Origin: a virus
Lineage: Duplodnaviria > Caudoviricetes
Length of the DNA: 32,135 nucleotides
Virus record (IMG/VR): IMGVR_UViG_3300037755_000538
Location: 1-32,135 of that record
Reading direction: 5' to 3' (one strand)
A program made the translations under genes and the position numbers. Positions 8,598 to 17,666 of the stretch are shown here, piece by piece; the first letter of the stretch is position 1, and each line of letters begins with the position of its first letter. Under the pieces are notes generated by a model, which saw nothing but the letters and a program-made list of their open reading frames with translations, was not told the origin of the DNA and did not search any database.

Positions 8598-8837
8598 GCT
8601 TTTCAATATCAAGGCTTCCTGGAGTAGCTCCATCGCCACGCCGATTTCGTCCCTCGCTATGTCGGCATAGGAGTATTCCGTTTTGGTGATTTTCCCGCCA
8701 CTTAAAACGTTGACGGCTTCGCCTTGATCTCCGGGGTTTTCTCCGGCGTTGTGTCGCTGTAAGTTCAGTTCAGCGGCTGCGATCCAGCTTTTCGCGGCAG
8801 CCAACACGGTTTCGATTGTGGGGGTTTCGGTCGTCAT
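8592..8837 (-). CDS. Hypothetical protein
   Basis: 81 aa, operon context. Confidence 0.6.
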   Translation of the reverse strand: MTTETPTIETVLAAAKSWIAAAELNLQRHNAGENPGDQGEAVNVLSGGKITKTEYSYADIARDEIGVAMELLQEALILKSK

Positions 8838-8854
8838 GGTTCGGATTCCCTAAA

Positions 8855-9037
8855 TTAGAGGCCAGCGGTTTTTTTGAGGGACGCAAACAACTCTTGGGGG
8901 TTCGGGTGATTGACTTCTTTCAGGCCGACTCCGGTAAAGGTGCAAAACACGGCGATTTTCCCGTTGGATTTTTCGACCAGTTGGATTTCGCGTTCCGTCC
9001 CCTTGTCGTCAGCTTTGAAGGATTCGATGATTTTCAT
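8855..9037 (-). CDS. Small hypothetical protein (MKIIESFKADDKG...)
   Basis: Purine-rich RBS before ATG 9037, downstream of the promoter at 9084-9111. Confidence 0.55.
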   Translation of the reverse strand: MKIIESFKADDKGTEREIQLVEKSNGKIAVFCTFTGVGLKEVNHPNPQELFASLKKTAGL

Positions 9038-9083
9038 TCTTCTTTCCCTTTTGGTTTGGTTTGGTTGTCTCTTGTATGTCTCC

Positions 9084-9111
9084 ATTATAACTACCGGATT
9101 GCAATAGGCAA
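9084..9111 (-). promoter_or_regulatory. Sigma70-like promoter with ATTGCAAT palindrome
   Basis: TTGCCT-16-TATAAT on minus strand. Confidence 0.65.
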
Positions 9112-9232
9112 TAGCTGGAGTAAGAATTTTCAGAAAATCGAAAAGGTTTTTTGGAAACAAAAACACCCCGCCGCCTCAGTCAGGTGAAGCGGCGGGGCGA
9201 CGGTCCCGGCGGTAGCGAGTCGCCGGGGGTGC

Positions 9233-9355
9233 TTGACTTTCCCCTTACAGCCCGTGGATAATTCTAGTGCCTTTACCACGCAACCTAAAGATCCAACCCG
9301 CGATTGATTTCCCGAACTGTGGTAAGGGCAGGGGAGTCAGTCGCGGGTTTACTTT
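9233..9355 (+). promoter_or_regulatory. Sigma70-like promoter plus structured leader, copy 2
   Basis: TTGACT-18-GATAAT; hairpin arms identical to those at 4760-4818. Confidence 0.7.
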
Positions 9356-9374
9356 CGCCCTGGGAGAAGCAGCC

Positions 9375-10817
9375 ATGCGGAAACGCGGATTCACGCTTGT
9401 TGAAATGCTCGTTGCCACGGCTCTTGTTGTGCTGATGATGCTGATGTTCGCCCAGATCTTCCAGACCGCCGGGGGCTTGGTCAGCAACCAGAAAGGCATG
9501 GCCAAACAAGATCAAAGCCTCCGAACGTTGACCATTCTGTTGCGGGGTGACATTGGCCAGCGAACCTTCCGGGAAGTGATCCCGTTCTTCCCCGGCCAAG
9601 ACACCGAGGCCGGCGACTTTGAACCAGAAAAACGTCGCGGTTTTTTCAGCATTTCCGAGAACGATCCCGATGATGCAACCGATGATGTTCTCCATCTGAC
9701 AATTAAGATGGATGACGAAGCCGAATCGCCGTTGCAGTTCTTCGGGAAAGCCACATTGATTCGCCGCGCGGGAAACGCGGTTCCAGCCGACCCGCCGGAT
9801 GCGGACATTGACACCGCACCCGAAGCGGAACTGTATCTGCTTGGTGATGCGAGCAACCCCGCCAATAACGACCAGCCGGAATTTGATGATGGGCAACTCA
9901 GCTTAAACGGGACCGGTTCTTCCCGGTTCGTGGAAGTCTGCTGGTTCTTACGAAATGGCGTGCTGTATCGTCGGGCCTTGCTGATTCGAGACCGTTACGC
10001 CACCCCGATCAACACGGACACCCAGCCGACAAACGCCTTTGGAGCACGGTTTATTCCCGACGATTATTCCTCCGCCAACATCCCGCCCGCCACAGCCGCG
10101 AGCGGAGAGTTCTGGCGTGACTTCGATTACTCGGCATACTACGAACCGAATGGCGGATTAAGATTCCACGACGTGGATTCACTCATCAACTCGAGCGCGA
10201 ACAATCCTGGTTCCAATCCGAATTTGCTCAACTTGCCCGCTAGCTTGGGGCTTCCGTTTCTTCGGTTCGGGAGTAGCACCAGCCGGGCATCAACCGGGCC
10301 GCTCACAATTCGTGGGCCGCGAGAGTTGCTGACGCCTGGCGACAAGTCAACCTGGATTGGTCGATTCACCCACCAAGAGACATCGCACTCCGCCTTCGAT
10401 TACCCTGGGAATCTCAATGGGGGCGATCCCCTTAATGATGCGACGCCTTTGAGTCTCGCCAATGGATTGGTGACTGAGTTCTCTAATGAAACCTTCCGGC
10501 GCGGGGAAGACATTGTGATGTCCAACGTGCATTCGTTTGATATTCAGGTTTGGGATGACTCGCTCGCTCGGTTCGTGAACACGGGCAACGGGGCGGGGGA
10601 TTACGCTTCCACGGCAAATGCGGATTACGGAAACCGCTATGACACCTGGCATCCCAACGCCATCATGCCAGATCCTCCCTATCGGCCAACGGTGACTGAT
10701 CCGGTCACGTTCGTTGAGACGCCCAAACCGCTCCGTGCCGTTCAAGTTCAGATCCGGTTCTTTGATGTTGGTAGCGATTCCATGCGGGATTTGACGTTCA
10801 CTTTTCCGTTGAAGTAA
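9375..10817 (+). CDS. Prepilin-type N-terminal cleavage/methylation domain protein (large minor pilin/pseudopilin-like), 480 aa
   Basis: MRKRG|FTLVEMLVATALVVLMMLMF class III signal peptide with E+5; GGAG RBS at 9363; C-terminal LRAVQVQIRFFD. Confidence 0.88.
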   Translation: MRKRGFTLVEMLVATALVVLMMLMFAQIFQTAGGLVSNQKGMAKQDQSLRTLTILLRGDIGQRTFREVIPFFPGQDTEAGDFEPEKRRGFFSISENDPDDATDDVLHLTIKMDDEAESPLQFFGKATLIRRAGNAVPADPPDADIDTAPEAELYLLGDASNPANNDQPEFDDGQLSLNGTGSSRFVEVCWFLRNGVLYRRALLIRDRYATPINTDTQPTNAFGARFIPDDYSSANIPPATAASGEFWRDFDYSAYYEPNGGLRFHDVDSLINSSANNPGSNPNLLNLPASLGLPFLRFGSSTSRASTGPLTIRGPRELLTPGDKSTWIGRFTHQETSHSAFDYPGNLNGGDPLNDATPLSLANGLVTEFSNETFRRGEDIVMSNVHSFDIQVWDDSLARFVNTGNGAGDYASTANADYGNRYDTWHPNAIMPDPPYRPTVTDPVTFVETPKPLRAVQVQIRFFDVGSDSMRDLTFTFPLK

Positions 10818-11418
10818 ACGCTTCCATCGTCTCAATTAGTTCGAGTTCATTGAAGTGCCGGCAAGGGTAGCCGTAGTGCGTCCAGACGTGGAATCCGGCC
10901 TTCTTCGCCTCAGTGCAGAAGTGGAAATCCGGCCCGTGGATTACTCTGCCAATTTCGTCCGTCTCTCGCACAAACCACGGCGGTTTCATGCCTTCGATCA
11001 CCCGCCGGTGAATCAGGATGCACCCACTGCCAACGGCATCGACTTCCGCGAGCTTGCCCGCTTCCGGGGGATGCTGCTTATATCCATCGGGAACCTTATC
11101 CATTGCGTTCCAGCAGATTGGAAAGCCTTTGTTCTGGTTATTGAAGATCGGCGTGGGCAGGCCGCACACATCCAGATCGAACCCCACAAGGTCAAGCGGG
11201 TTCCGCTGGGGCGGGTTGTCGGCGTCGATGCTGAGCCAGTAATCACAATCGCCTTCACGGAAATCAAAGGCAACCCGATTGAGGCTTTGTTCGTATGGCT
11301 TCCAAGTCGGCGTAATGAACTGGATTTTATGGCCTGACGTGGCCATGATCCGCACCACAGCCATTGTCACCGACTTGTGGATCCAATCGGTATTAGGAAC
11401 GCTCAAGAGGATTTTCAC
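10798..11418 (-). CDS. GT-A fold glycosyltransferase-like protein
   Basis: YWLSIDADN (DxD), EVDAVGSGCILIHRRV, GPDFHFC, terminal CRH. Confidence 0.8.
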   Translation of the reverse strand: MKILLSVPNTDWIHKSVTMAVVRIMATSGHKIQFITPTWKPYEQSLNRVAFDFREGDCDYWLSIDADNPPQRNPLDLVGFDLDVCGLPTPIFNNQNKGFPICWNAMDKVPDGYKQHPPEAGKLAEVDAVGSGCILIHRRVIEGMKPPWFVRETDEIGRVIHGPDFHFCTEAKKAGFHVWTHYGYPCRHFNELELIETMEAFTSTEK

Positions 11419-11960
11419 GGGCTGGACTTCCGGTGTTTCTCAATAATCGCCAAGCCTTTATTCGTCAGCATGTCATCCCACTTCTTGGTCTTGTTCCGCT
11501 TGCGGCCTCGGCGGGGGCTGTCGGCATCAAGTGCCGCTCGGTCGTCGTCGGATTCCGGGATGCCCGCCTGCCGCTTGGCGGCGATGGCTTGCAGCACTTC
11601 CACATCTTCCAAGACTTCGGGTTGATCCACTGTCACGCGATCCTCGTAGAACCGCTCCGCTTGCGTCTCGTTCACAATTTGGCATTGTGCCGGGAACCGC
11701 ATCACCGCTTCTGTGGCGAAGTCTTCCGGGACTAAAAGCAAACCGATCCACACCCCTCGCGGGGAGCCGTTGGTCGCGTCGTCGTTGTCGTGGCCGCTCA
11801 CGTTGTCGTAATGCCACCCCCCGAATTGATCGACGTAATGGGACCAGTCCATGCCGTCTCGGATCGTCTCCGGGATTTCATTGAACGGCGGGAATGCGTG
11901 AAGCCGCTTTTTCTTTTCGGTCTTGAGTCCGATGGTGACTCTGAGAGGAACTAGTTCCAT
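11415..11960 (-). CDS. Hypothetical protein
   Basis: 181 aa, coupled to neighbours in the late operon. Confidence 0.7.
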   Translation of the reverse strand: MELVPLRVTIGLKTEKKKRLHAFPPFNEIPETIRDGMDWSHYVDQFGGWHYDNVSGHDNDDATNGSPRGVWIGLLLVPEDFATEAVMRFPAQCQIVNETQAERFYEDRVTVDQPEVLEDVEVLQAIAAKRQAGIPESDDDRAALDADSPRRGRKRNKTKKWDDMLTNKGLAIIEKHRKSSP

Positions 11961-11963
11961 GTT

Positions 11964-12713
11964 TTACCCCACAGTAAGAGCGTTTGTGTTGATGCCCGTT
12001 GGCACAGTATCAACAGCGCCTACAGCCTCACTGGTCTTGAGTGTTGATGTGAATTTGCCGCTTTGTAGATATAGCTTGTTGGCGGAACCACCAACCCAAG
12101 GTGTGTTGTTTCCGTCCCACGAGATGCCTCGTGGCAACGTATCAATTGGCCCGATTGCCTCACTGGTTTTGATCGTCGATGAAAATTGGCCGCTCTGGAG
12201 GTACAACTTGTCATCAGTGCTGCCAATCCAGGGCGTGTCCGTGCCATCCCATGAGACGCCCTGTCCGATGGTGTCAATTGAATTGACGCTCTCACTGGTT
12301 TTGATCGTCGATGAAAATTGGCCGCTCACAAGTTTTAGAAATGTCTCTGCTGGAAAACCAATAGCGCCAACAACCGGGGTATCTGTCCCGTCCCATGAAA
12401 TGCCTCGCACGCCAGAAAGGTTTATGACCTGGCTGGTTTTAAGCGTTGACGAGAACTGGCCGCTTTGGAGGTAAATCCTATTCAACTCAGGAAAGTTATT
12501 AGACCAAGGAGTATTTGTTCCATCCCAGGATATGTCTTCGGGTGAAGCAACCACAGTACCAAGACTGGTTTTGATCGTTGACGAGAACTGGCCGCTCGTG
12601 AGATAGAACTTATTAGCTTGGTCGCCAATCCAGGGCGTGTCTGCGTCCACAGGGCGAGCCAGTAGGATCTGAAACCCATAATCGCAACAACCGTTGTAAG
12701 AATCCCAACTCAT
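11964..12713 (-). CDS. Repeat protein with five ~40-aa units (possible beta-propeller or receptor-binding protein)
   Basis: Repeated ISWDGTxTPW...KLYLQSGQFSSTIKTS; ATG 12713 overlaps the upstream TGA. Confidence 0.75.
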   Translation of the reverse strand: MSWDSYNGCCDYGFQILLARPVDADTPWIGDQANKFYLTSGQFSSTIKTSLGTVVASPEDISWDGTNTPWSNNFPELNRIYLQSGQFSSTLKTSQVINLSGVRGISWDGTDTPVVGAIGFPAETFLKLVSGQFSSTIKTSESVNSIDTIGQGVSWDGTDTPWIGSTDDKLYLQSGQFSSTIKTSEAIGPIDTLPRGISWDGNNTPWVGGSANKLYLQSGKFTSTLKTSEAVGAVDTVPTGINTNALTVG

Positions 12714-13624
12714 GGCGCTACGCTCCCATCTTTCGGATAACCTGGCGTCCAACGGGATAGTTGGACGCTCACGCCAGACCCGCCCGTCAGCGCGGCGAAG
12801 TCCAGTAAGGGGCGGGGAATCTCATGCTTGGCTAAATCGCCGATGAACTCGATCACAATATCGGCATCCGGGAACGGCCCGCCAGCCACGTCCACATCGC
12901 CGCTGGCAATGTTGGTATGGGTCTCAAGTTCGGTTTCGACTTCGGCTGCCGTCATATCGAAATCAAACGTCAGCGTGTCCGTGGTTCCTAGCACGTTCAG
13001 ATCCACATCGAACGTGCCGCCCGTGGGAGTGCCGCCGATGGTGATGGCCCATTTTTCGTTGCGTGGACTGCATCCGTTACTCAACCGCACCAGCGCCCAG
13101 CGAACATCCTCCCCCTCCCCCTCTTCGTCCGGTCCTAGCCACAGGATATGCGCCGAGCCGGAACCCGCGGTCTTTAACCGCCCAGTTTCCCCCTCTTCAA
13201 TGTCCGCGAACTCGTGGGCCTCATCATTTACCAGCACGCGCACCCAAACCTGCCCGCTAACAACCGCCGGAACCACCTCGTTGACTTTCGCCGGCTTAAT
13301 CAAGACCGCGAATTTTCCGGTGTGATCCGCTTCGGTGGGTTCCAATCCGTTAAAAACAGGACGCTCGAAAATGACGGAAGGCCGGTCATCGGGAGTAATC
13401 GCAATCGCGCCCAAGCCGACCACCGCATGAGCCAGATTCAAGACGCCGCCCGTGGCGTTTTTCACCCACACTAATCCGCGAGGCTGATCTGAACCTCTTG
13501 CCAACTCGGCGGATTGCCCGGAGGACTGATTCGCCAGGGCCGAATCAATGAACGCCGCGAACTGCTTGGCGCTTGGCCGGAAGGGTTCGCCCTGCGTTGG
13601 TTTTCGGTAGATGTCCCCCATCAA
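12710..13624 (-). CDS. Probable tail/virion structural protein
   Basis: Position after tape measure; beta-rich; C-terminal GGTPTGGTF...VAGGPFP...IEFIG segment. Confidence 0.65.
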   Translation of the reverse strand: MMGDIYRKPTQGEPFRPSAKQFAAFIDSALANQSSGQSAELARGSDQPRGLVWVKNATGGVLNLAHAVVGLGAIAITPDDRPSVIFERPVFNGLEPTEADHTGKFAVLIKPAKVNEVVPAVVSGQVWVRVLVNDEAHEFADIEEGETGRLKTAGSGSAHILWLGPDEEGEGEDVRWALVRLSNGCSPRNEKWAITIGGTPTGGTFDVDLNVLGTTDTLTFDFDMTAAEVETELETHTNIASGDVDVAGGPFPDADIVIEFIGDLAKHEIPRPLLDFAALTGGSGVSVQLSRWTPGYPKDGSVAP

Positions 13625-14430
13625 CTTGTCCCGATTCCCAGGTCCGCAAAATCGGCTGTGCGGAACACATCCGCGACCACCGCGTATTCCGCCACGTCTG
13701 TCAGGACGGGTTCCGTATCATCGATCTCGGTGCGATACCGGACCCAGAGAAATTGCCAGCCCTCTTTGTTCACGGCCGTGATGCCGGCGATGGTCAATCC
13801 GGTTTGATGCTCGCGGACGGAGAACCGGAAAGAAATCTCCCAATCTTCCGCCCCGCGCTGTGATCCGGAAACGCCAGTGCAGAGAACTTCCTTGGCACTC
13901 CACCCGCGAAAGCTGGCGTCATTAAGCCGCCCGACGATCCTTAGCAGCGTCCGCTGATGGGCATCCGTAATGGTCGTGGAGGGCAGGTAGTGCGTTTCGC
14001 TGAATGAGGCAATCGGCTCTTGGACATCGGCCCCGCTCGGCGGGGAGCCATCACCCTGTTGGCCGATTAGCCATTTCGCGGAATTAGTCGGGGCGGTCAA
14101 TCCAGTGGCGGGGTAAATCGTTTGGGGCGAGACCGGAACGATGATCCGTTGCGATTGCGTCGTCACATCGAAATTGAAAAATGACTCATTGACCTTCGGC
14201 GGTTCCTTTGGCTTGAAAGGCCCGTAAGTCACTGAGCATTCATAGCCGTTTTGGATCTCTTCATCGACATCAATTGACTTCACCGGAAACCCGGCCACCG
14301 ACGTCGGCGCGGCGGCCAGAGCCTCCGCGATGGCATCGACAGGCGTAGTCGCAGTGGAGAAGTACGGAAACCGGTAGCTGGGGCTTTCTCCACCCTGTCC
14401 ACTAGCTCCTATGATTTCCTTGATAGCCAC
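13621..14430 (-). CDS. Probable tail protein (distal-tail position)
   Basis: Immediately downstream of the tape measure gene. Confidence 0.6.
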   Translation of the reverse strand: MAIKEIIGASGQGGESPSYRFPYFSTATTPVDAIAEALAAAPTSVAGFPVKSIDVDEEIQNGYECSVTYGPFKPKEPPKVNESFFNFDVTTQSQRIIVPVSPQTIYPATGLTAPTNSAKWLIGQQGDGSPPSGADVQEPIASFSETHYLPSTTITDAHQRTLLRIVGRLNDASFRGWSAKEVLCTGVSGSQRGAEDWEISFRFSVREHQTGLTIAGITAVNKEGWQFLWVRYRTEIDDTEPVLTDVAEYAVVADVFRTADFADLGIGTS

Positions 14431-14432
14431 AA

Positions 14433-16355
14433 CTAATCCTTAAACGTAATTCCAACCCTGGTGTTTTGAACGATTTTTCCCGTGTTCTTGGCCGTCGTCT
14501 TGGAATGTTCCACCAGTTGATCGATGGGGCCGGTTGAAAACATCTGCGAAGCCATCGCCGAGAATGTGCCGCCTGGCGCGGAAAATGAATCCCGGGCTTC
14601 CTTCTTCTCATCCTCTTTGAGTGACTCCCCAATCAGCTTCTTTGCTGATTCGATTTCCTTTGGAGTCGCCCCAAGTTCTTTGAGGGCTTCCACGGTTTCC
14701 TTGACTTGCCGATCCAAAGGCTCAAGCAGACTATCCTCCAGTCTTCCTAAAATTCCGGCGATGGACTCCTTTCGCTGCTCTTCTTTTTCTTCCGCTTCCT
14801 TGGCTGGTTTATTAAATTCCTCAAACGCCGCATCCTCCATTTTCTTGAACAACGGCTTCATTCGCTCGGACTCGCCGGGAGCGGCAATGCCTAACTCCTC
14901 GCTCCGCTGGAGTTGGTCCTTCAGTCCACTGATTCGCCGAAGTTCCTCATCCAGTTTTTGCCCTGGAAAAAGACCGGATGCCGCACTTTCGAGTTCGTCT
15001 TTTAGTTTGCCGAAGCTTTCCCTAAACTCCGCCGTCTCTTCGGCAAGCATTTCTTTTCGCGCGGCTGCTTTCATCTCTTCGTGGGTTTGTTCCGGTTTCT
15101 CTTTAGGCGTCTTTGCCGCGATCTCGTCCCGCAATGCCTTCAGCTTCTTAAGCTGTTCTCCTATTGCTTCGAGTTCTTTCTTATCATTGAACGAGCCGAT
15201 AAGTCCTGATTGCCTGAAACTCTGGCCCATTAACTCTAATTGCCTCTTCTCCAGTTCCTTGATTTTTTTTGCAGTATTCTCGGCTGCATCGGCCAATTTT
15301 TCAAAATCATCACCCGCGCCGCCCGCCGCTTTCGCCAATGCGTCCACCGAACTGGCCGAATCGTCCAACAAGCTGTTTAGTTCATTAACGGCGACACCCA
15401 CGGCCACCGTTCCCGCCGCCAGCGCGAGCAGTCCCGCCGGTCCCGAGAGCGCTAATACAGCCGCCTTGGCAATGACCGTCGCTTTGGCTGCGGCAGCCAA
15501 CGCCAGCATCGCCGCCCCAACGACGGAAAGCGCGAGACCTAGCTTCGCAAGCCACTGGATCAACACTGGGTGCTCCGATACCCAAGTGCGGACGTGCTGC
15601 ACAACCTCAACCAGCCGGTTCACCAGCTTCAAGGCCATCGGGATCAGATCACGCCCCAAGGCCAGCTTCACGGAGACGATTGACCGATTCAAAACGTCCA
15701 TCGCGTCGGTCATTTCCGCCGCCGCTTTTGAATCCTCCGTACTCATCACGATCCCGAGTTCTTTTGCTTTTTCCATCAGCGACTCAATGCCGCCCTTGGC
15801 CCCCCGAAGCATCGGCAAGAGTTCCCGCCCCGCCCGCCCGAAAATCTTTTGCGCGACGGCGCCGCGAATGGATTCGTTCTCCAGCTTTTCGATTGCGGTC
15901 GCAATCTCCAGGAATTGCTCATCCGGCGAAAGACGGTCGAGATCACTAATTGACAGTCCTAATTCCGCCAGCGCATCCACCGCCGCACCGGCGCCGCGCT
16001 TTGCTTCAAAAAATGTTCGCGAGAGTCCCGCGAAGCCCTTCTCTAGCACATCAATGGAAGAGCCGGTCTGGGAAGCGACGAATTCCAGGGCGCTCAGCGT
16101 TTCGACGGCCACGCCTGTCCGTGAACTCATCTTATCGAGCTTGTCGCCCGCCGCCGCGAAGTGCTTGACGGCTAGAGTCATCGGGCCGACGATGGAAGCC
16201 CCAATCGCCGTAAGCCCACCGCCGACAATCGCCACATGCTTGGCGAATGAGTCCAATTGGGCCTTGACGTTTTTGAAGCCCTCTTCAAGCTTGCTTTTGT
16301 CGAGGTAAGCCTCCACGTAAGCCCGGCCCGCGCGGATCCCGCCAGCAGATGTCAT
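14433..16355 (-). CDS. Tail tape measure protein
   Basis: 640 aa, Ala/Leu-rich helical; IRAGRAYVE N-terminus, IFGRAGRELLPML motif; follows the chaperone genes. Confidence 0.9.
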   Translation of the reverse strand: MTSAGGIRAGRAYVEAYLDKSKLEEGFKNVKAQLDSFAKHVAIVGGGLTAIGASIVGPMTLAVKHFAAAGDKLDKMSSRTGVAVETLSALEFVASQTGSSIDVLEKGFAGLSRTFFEAKRGAGAAVDALAELGLSISDLDRLSPDEQFLEIATAIEKLENESIRGAVAQKIFGRAGRELLPMLRGAKGGIESLMEKAKELGIVMSTEDSKAAAEMTDAMDVLNRSIVSVKLALGRDLIPMALKLVNRLVEVVQHVRTWVSEHPVLIQWLAKLGLALSVVGAAMLALAAAAKATVIAKAAVLALSGPAGLLALAAGTVAVGVAVNELNSLLDDSASSVDALAKAAGGAGDDFEKLADAAENTAKKIKELEKRQLELMGQSFRQSGLIGSFNDKKELEAIGEQLKKLKALRDEIAAKTPKEKPEQTHEEMKAAARKEMLAEETAEFRESFGKLKDELESAASGLFPGQKLDEELRRISGLKDQLQRSEELGIAAPGESERMKPLFKKMEDAAFEEFNKPAKEAEEKEEQRKESIAGILGRLEDSLLEPLDRQVKETVEALKELGATPKEIESAKKLIGESLKEDEKKEARDSFSAPGGTFSAMASQMFSTGPIDQLVEHSKTTAKNTGKIVQNTRVGITFKD

Positions 16356-16621
16356 AGACCCTCCAGATCTTCGAGATACAGCGGCTTCATCACGGCAGGC
16401 TCTCTTGGATAGGAGCTGATCTGGTTGGCGGAAATTACGTGCTTCCTCGCGGCACAGTTAATTTGGCTCGCCAGCACTTCGGCTGTGTGCTGCCACTGCT
16501 CTTCACGGCAGGCTTCTACCGCGGAGGACAATTCGCGCAAGGTCATGGGGCCGGGGTCAAATCGGACGATTCCGGCGTATCGGGCGATGAGACGCCAGAC
16601 ATCAACGCCATCGCTTTTTTC
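16352..16621 (-). CDS. Tail assembly chaperone GT extension (probable -1 frameshift product)
   Basis: -1 frame ORF overlapping the chaperone end (DPGPMTLREL...QWQHTA); candidate slippery G-AAA-AAA-G at 16621-16614. Confidence 0.6.
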   Translation of the reverse strand, partial: EKSDGVDVWRLIARYAGIVRFDPGPMTLRELSSAVEACREEQWQHTAEVLASQINCAARKHVISANQISSYPREPAVMKPLYLEDLEGL

Positions 16622-17004
16622 AGTTGCTTTTCCTGGATCTCGGTCACCTGCCCCGCCAGCATGTCGTGCAGAGTCACCCATGTCTGGTGCAACTGGCGGA
16701 GCACTTTTTGCTGACGGGGCGGGGAAAAATCCAAGAGGGCCTGAATCATCGCATCCGATCCCGATTGCAGCGACATCCCGGAAAGCGATTCCCCGAACTC
16801 CAGGTCGTTGACGCCGCGTGCCCTTAATTGGTCCTCACAGAGCAGGAATAGCACATCCACCAACAAGACGACATCCTGAGCCAAGGTGTCCAATCCCTCG
16901 ACATTCAGGATGTTGACGCCCAACCGCTCACGAATGGCGCGGGCTTTGTTGATGTTGAGGGACACATGCCACTCGCGGCCCTTGTCGTCGGTAAAGCTGG
17001 GCAT
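16543..17004 (-). CDS. Tail assembly chaperone (gpG-like)
   Basis: Between tail tube and tape measure; MPSFTDDKGREW...ALLDF. Confidence 0.7.
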   Translation of the reverse strand: MPSFTDDKGREWHVSLNINKARAIRERLGVNILNVEGLDTLAQDVVLLVDVLFLLCEDQLRARGVNDLEFGESLSGMSLQSGSDAMIQALLDFSPPRQQKVLRQLHQTWVTLHDMLAGQVTEIQEKQLKKAMALMSGVSSPDTPESSDLTPAP

Positions 17005-17181
17005 TTATTCTTCCCGCTTTTGTTTCGGCTTGCTGATCGTCCGAACTTTGAACGCCGTCTTCTTCCCCGTTTTGGGGTCGAGGACGTGTTGAATCCGCAA
17101 CTCATCATCGTCTTGCACGGCAGCGTCTTGCTTCGTTGCCGGTTTTTGCTCAGTCGGTTTTTCAGGTTTGTCTTTATCCAT
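17005..17181 (-). CDS. Small hypothetical protein, 58 aa (MDKDKPEKPTEQ...)
   Basis: Hand-translated; strong GAGGAGG RBS; stop abuts the next ATG. Confidence 0.6.
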   Translation of the reverse strand: MDKDKPEKPTEQKPATKQDAAVQDDDELRIQHVLDPKTGKKTAFKVRTISKPKQKREE

Positions 17182-17196
17182 GTCCTCCTCATTTCA

Positions 17197-17652
17197 CTAA
17201 GGTGCTGCGATCGTGACATACGCGGGATCTGTGACCCGGGTGGCCGACGCGCGAAGTGTCACGGAAACCATTGTGGAGTCATGGGCCTGGTCATCATCGA
17301 AACCCACAACTTTCATCTCGGCCTGGTAGCCCCGTTCGCCGACATCGGTAATTGTGCCGGTCATCATGGCAACCCCCACGCTGGCGCCGGAACGGGCAGC
17401 GGCCTCCAGCACATCATAATTCGCGTTCCCGTGCCGCCGGCTGATCTGGAGTGTGATTTCCGTGTTGAGATGGCCGAGTTCCACGGTCGTCTCCAAGAAA
17501 TTCCGCTCCTTGACTTCGGCCACATCCCGCTGCTGCGTTCGCGTGGCTCCCTGAATTTCGCCGTACTCCACCCATGTGGGACTCGCTATATCGCCATCCG
17601 CATCGATGTACAACTTGTGAAGCCGACCGATTACAAGTGCGCCTGCTACCAT
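17197..17652 (-). CDS. Major tail tube protein
   Basis: 151 aa, beta-rich, canonical position. Confidence 0.7.
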   Translation of the reverse strand: MVAGALVIGRLHKLYIDADGDIASPTWVEYGEIQGATRTQQRDVAEVKERNFLETTVELGHLNTEITLQISRRHGNANYDVLEAAARSGASVGVAMMTGTITDVGERGYQAEMKVVGFDDDQAHDSTMVSVTLRASATRVTDPAYVTIAAP

Positions 17653-17666
17653 GATGAAAACCTCTC

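Noticed and set aside
9267-9374. 36-aa N-terminal extension of the pilin-like ORF
   Set aside because: Overlaps the repeated leader hairpin; RBS and signal peptide support ATG 9375
11964-12713. Diversity-generating retroelement template/variable repeats
   Set aside because: Repeats are in-frame protein repeats, differences are not adenine-specific, and no reverse transcriptase is in the window
14524-16308. 594-aa plus-strand ORF
   Set aside because: Ser-rich antisense shadow of the tape measure gene
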